Positions 59,159 to 64,000 of a stretch of 64,000 nucleotides of DNA are shown piece by piece; the stretch's first letter is position 1; each line of letters starts with the position of its first letter. The notes below the pieces were generated by a model. It was given only the letters and a program-made list of their open reading frames with translations. It was not told the origin of the DNA and ran no database searches. Source of the DNA: Octopus vulgaris (taxonomy: Eukaryota); assembly GCA_951406725.2 (NCBI GenBank), contig OX597824.1:58156001-58220000 (forward strand), in the 5' to 3' direction. Made by a program: the position numbers and the translations under genes.

Positions 59159-59937
59159 CATCGTCGCCGTCTCTTGGCGCGCTCTTTTGTATATTTGTGT
59201 GTGTGTGTGAGATTATGTGTCACTATTTGTAGTTTCTTTTTTATAAACAATCATACTTATTAATTCTTTTATTGTGCCCCATTCAGGGAAAGACACCGCC
59301 TTCAAAAGTATTTTAGTCGATCAAGTCAGCCCCAATAATATACTTCCTGTATTATTTAATCATACATATGCTCCATTGGATATTGATAAATACTGTCGCA
59401 ACAAAAGAACAGAAAAGATTCGAAAGAGAATCTTTAATCATAGCTATTTAAATAGTTATAGTTAGTATAGAAAAGTAGTAATATTTAACAACTGTTCTGA
59501 AATATCCCATTTGTCTAAGACACGAATATCTGGGTCTACATTATCTCATATGGCTTTCATTTTTAAAGATTAGCGAACGTAATTTGCTTACTGTTTCCAG
59601 CAAGTCGAGCGGCCCTATAAATGTTCCGTCTTTGCTGTTGCTGTTGCTGTTACTGTTCTAATCCCAGTTAAATGTACTTTGAGATGCATCAGATACATTT
59701 GTGTTCAGTTACGTCAGTTACATGCACTCCCAGTTAAATAAACTTACGTCATTTACTTGTACTTCGAGCTATATCATTCTGATAAACTTCACTTTTTGTT
59801 TAATGCATCGCAGGTTTACTGCAAAATATTTTCAGCTAAACTTAAACTACAATTCACCAGAATTTAGGGCTTCAGTTACAACGATACTCTAACTTATCGA
59901 TTGTTGTCAATTTTACTGCATTTGAATTACCAGATAT

Positions 59938-60152
59938 ATTCTTTTCTACTGTAAGCACAAAGCCCGAAATTTTGGGGGAGGGGGGCTAGTCGATTAGACG
60001 CCCCCAGTACGCAGCTGGTACTTAATTTATTGACCCCGAAAGGGTGAAAGGCAAAGTCGACTCGGCGGAATTTGAACTCAGAACGTAAAGACAGACGAAA
60101 TACCGCTAAGCATTTTCGCCCACTGCGCTAACGCTTCTGCCAGCTCGCCGCC
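59938..60152 (-). mobile_element. SINE family B, well-preserved full copy (tRNA-derived head)
   Basis: Minus strand ggcggcgagctggcagaagcgttagc (A-box-like)..gagttcaaattcc (B-box)..gactttgcctttcaccctttcggggtcaataaattaagtaccag..cccccaaaattt..ttgtgc. About ten related copies in the window. Confidence 0.82.
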
Positions 60153-60288
60153 TTAATTACAAGATATATTGTGATAGGTAGGGAGTGTAAGGTCAATGTC
60201 TGGATCTATGGAAGCGAGTTTGTAGAGATCATATTTTAGATGTTTTCCACGACGATTTGAAACTTCTGGCCTATCATGTGCACACGTG

Positions 60289-60380
<92 letters not shown>

Positions 60381-61117
60381 GTTTTGGTATTAGAAGCCTG
60401 ACACTGAAAACTGTACAGGAAATTATACCTTACAAATAAATAACCTTGGGCTCTGTATTGAGTCCTATTCCCTTTTGATTGAATACGCACCCCCCACCCC
60501 CTAACTGACTCAGAGAATCGATAGCACACTATTTCTGCTAAAAGGTGACTACTGAAATAGTCAAGATTAATTATGGATAGTCTTTTCAGAAAAGTAGCAT
60601 TCCGTTCACTCCGCCACCTCCCAGTAATGAATGTAATAGTATGTTCAATGGAATGTTCATGTACGATGAATAGTTGAGTGTTTGGTATACACCCTTTACG
60701 TTATTCTATGATATATGCATAGTGATAAGCATAGCTATAGCCAACAGCCCTCCCTATTACACGTAATTGTGTGTCTGGGTGGGCCCTAACTTTATACTTG
60801 AATCCATACCAGATTTTCCTAGTATCCGAGTAGGTATTGGTGATTTTTAGTGCATGTGAAGTATGTGAATGCGCGTGCGTGCACACAGTGTGGGTCAGAA
60901 GTTAGAAAGAATAAAAATGCAGTTCGTGCAGTAGCTGAAGTCAGATCGTAATATGCAGTCAGACTTCGTGTCTATTTTCCCACTCTGCATATACAGACAT
61001 GCATGCATGCATACATACATACATACATACATACATACATACATACATACATACATGCATGCATACATACATACATACATACACACACATACATGTATGT
61101 GTGTGTGTATATATATA

Positions 61118-61158
<41 letters not shown>

Positions 61159-61800
61159 CTGTCTATATCTATCTAACTATACCTGTCTATATCTATATCT
61201 GTCTAACTATGTGTATGTTCGTATTCGTACAAGAAGTGCTCATTGTTGCGTTACGTTCCTTTACCACAAAAACCAGCTAAGATATTAGAAGAGGCAGATA
61301 TCGGCAAAAACAATAAAAAACAAACATTCCAGGCATATGTTATGATATGTCTTATGCAACTATGTTTTAAAATGATTTTGAAATTGGTACAAAAATTTAC
61401 TTTGCACCATTCCAGTTATATTAACGTTTCACAATCATGCTGCATCATCATCAGTTTATACTGCATATATTGGGTGTATTTCTATCATGTGTGTTGAAAA
61501 ACACACACATACACACACACATACACACACACATACGCGCGCGCGCACATGGAATGGAAGAGAATGACATGTACAATTACATACTTAAATGTTTGAGTCG
61601 TAGCCTTTTCCACCCACACGTTCCAAACATCACTAGTAATAGCAGATACACACATGCTCATAAGGAGACGAGCACAGACACATGTACACATATCCACATA
61701 CAAACACACACATATGGAGAGAGAGGGGAGGGAGAGAGAGGGAATAGAGAGAGAGAGTGGTATCACAAATGGAAGAAAGGAAGTGTTAATGTAAGTACTT

Positions 61801-61843
<43 letters not shown>

Positions 61844-62228
61844 CATACATACATACATACATACATACATACATGCACACACAAACACACATACATACAT
61901 ACATGCACACACAAACACACATATAAATATGTAGTCGTGAACTCATGTTTGCAATACACATAAATAAGCCATTTTGAATCATATCAATGTTATTTGAACT
62001 TGGTGGCCTACACTAGATAAGATTGTCTTTATACTTCTTTTCTTTGTCTTCTATATCTCCCTCTTACCACTCTGTATTTCACCCATTCCTTATAGTTTCA
62101 CTTCTTGTCGCTTTTTCTTCATATTTCTTCCGTTTCTGTTTTCATGTTCTTTTTTCTAGTTACTTAATTTTCGTTATTGGTTATTGTTGTTTTTCTTTCA
62201 TATTTGCTTTACACATATACATGTGTTT

Positions 62229-62273
<45 letters not shown>

Positions 62274-62901
62274 TACATGTATATACACGCATATGGGTGT
62301 ATGTGCGTGTGATCCGTCGTTGATTTTTTTCTTCCATTTTTCTATAATTGTTTTATACACCTTAGTACATATACTAATGTGTGATGATGTTTACTCAGTT
62401 TTGACATCTGAAAGAGGCCTCCTTGCTATTGTTATTTAACGAAGAACCATTTACTTATATCTACACGCACATACATATACATCTAAATAGCTACATACGG
62501 CACTAAATACATATAAATATATGCTTGCATATGTCAATGTGCGTGAAGGTGAGTGTCTGTGTAAGCGATAGAAGCACAACCTAGGCAGAACAAACACAGT
62601 TCATTTAAGCGATATATTAAATCACTGAGGTAACGCAACGATTCAGCCGGTGGTCGGTGCTATGAATTTATGTAGATGTGAATTAAAAAAGGTGCAAGCA
62701 TGAATCTCAAATATACTATATAAAATATAAGGAATATTTGTTAGATTCTTGGTTACTCATTCACTTTGTCAGCTGCTGTTGAATCAAACATAGTTGCTTG
62801 TGCGTGTGCATGTCTTTGTTTCTCTCTCCTCCACCCCTCGCGCTCTCTCAATCTATTTCCATCATTCCCTTGCCATTACAGCGTTTGATATATATGTATA
62901 T

Positions 62902-63740
62902 ACGTTTAATCCGGCACTTTATTTAGACCTCCCCCTCTTCCACGGTCTACGTTTAATCTGGCACTTTGGCTACACCAACCTCTCCTCCACGGACTAGGTT
63001 ATATACATACGGACAGATACCGAGAATCTACAGTACATTGGGCCAGGAAACTATGCTACTCCTCTGCAGGACATTTGTCACACTACACCTTTGCATAAAT
63101 AGCAGAATTTGAGGTAAATCAGAGATAGTACACGAGGAACATTGCTGAGTTACTAGGAGAAAGTAAAGTAGCTACGACTCTACTCACTGGAGCGAAGACC
63201 AGAGCGGTACACAGTGCTATATCAATGGAGGATACTAAACGGGCTGGCACCTTCGTCTGCAATTCTGTTATACCATACTTTCAAATGAAGGTCACGTCTC
63301 CGTTCCAACAGTCCCAGCTGCCTCGTCTGGGGAAGGAATATGTACTGCAATAGCTTGGGATTTATACGTTACTTAGTCTAGACTGGGCCCTTGCGCGGAC
63401 AACATTTAATCCACCACTTTGTCTAGACCCCCACTCGTGCAGGGATGGCGTTTAGTGCGGCACTTTCACTAGAATCCACCTTCTCCACGGACTACGTTTA
63501 ATCCGGCCCTTTGGCTAGACTCCCCCTCCTCCATAGAGTATGTTTTATTCTACACTTTAGCTAGACTTGCCACTCCTCCACGGATAACGTTATAAATATG
63601 GCCAAATTCCGACAACCTTCAGTGCAAGTCACTAGGAAACTATACTAGTCCTCTGTAGGACATTTGTCCTTAGCCGTCTAGAATAATGCTCTCAACACGT
63701 TTAATCCTGCACTTTGGTAGACCGTCCCCTCATCCACGAT
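62902..63740. repeat. Degenerate minisatellite of about 47 bp, 7-8 units in three clusters
   Basis: Unit acgtttaatccggcactttggctagacYccccctcctccacggact at 62902, 62949, about 63402-63590 (about four units) and about 63698. Confidence 0.75.
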
Positions 63741-64000
63741 GTATATACATATACACATATATTTATCTATATATGAATGTGTCTATACACAGTATCTATC
63801 ATTGTGGTCGCTGGTGCAGTCTGGTTAGGGGTCACTGTGAACTGATTTAGTGTGTTTACGCTTATCTGCCTACAGCGAGAAATTCTCTGCAGTACAAAAT
63901 ACAGTGAATGGCTTTCTTACGGGTTCGAATATGCCTCAAGCATAGTTGAAAAGGTAACAAGTTTGTATTCACACAAATCACTGCTTAGCACTTTCATTCT

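Noticed and set aside
59938-60152. tRNA gene
   Set aside because: A- and B-box-like motifs are present, but there is no cloverleaf and the head continues into a multicopy SINE body.
62902-63740. CRISPR-like array
   Set aside because: Units are contiguous and degenerate with no unique spacers, there are no cas genes, and the context is eukaryotic.

Overview
AT-rich, microsatellite-saturated animal genomic DNA. The repeat landscape suggests a coleoid cephalopod, probably Octopus; this is inference only. The one host coding sequence I can support is the large SIX-domain plus homeodomain exon of a Six1/2 (sine oculis) gene at 21067-21721 (+), with clear splice sites; no other exons were identifiable. 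The rest is non-coding or mobile DNA: a 5'-truncated RTE LINE, a 5'-truncated CR1-like LINE, a decayed mariner, a rearranged DD41D Tc1/mariner fragment, MITEs, two abundant tRNA-type SINE families, and a 100-N assembly gap. Almost all other ORFs in the supplied track are microsatellite artefacts. Two observations stand out. (1) Several short fold-back elements carry minimal type I hammerhead ribozyme motifs of the Penelope-like/retrozyme kind, one about 210 nt upstream of the Six1/2 splice acceptor; the copies on the gene's sense strand have damaged catalytic cores. (2) One SINE family and the CR1-like LINE share a 3' tail whose stem-loop is kept by compensatory base changes. All alignments and folds were done by eye.
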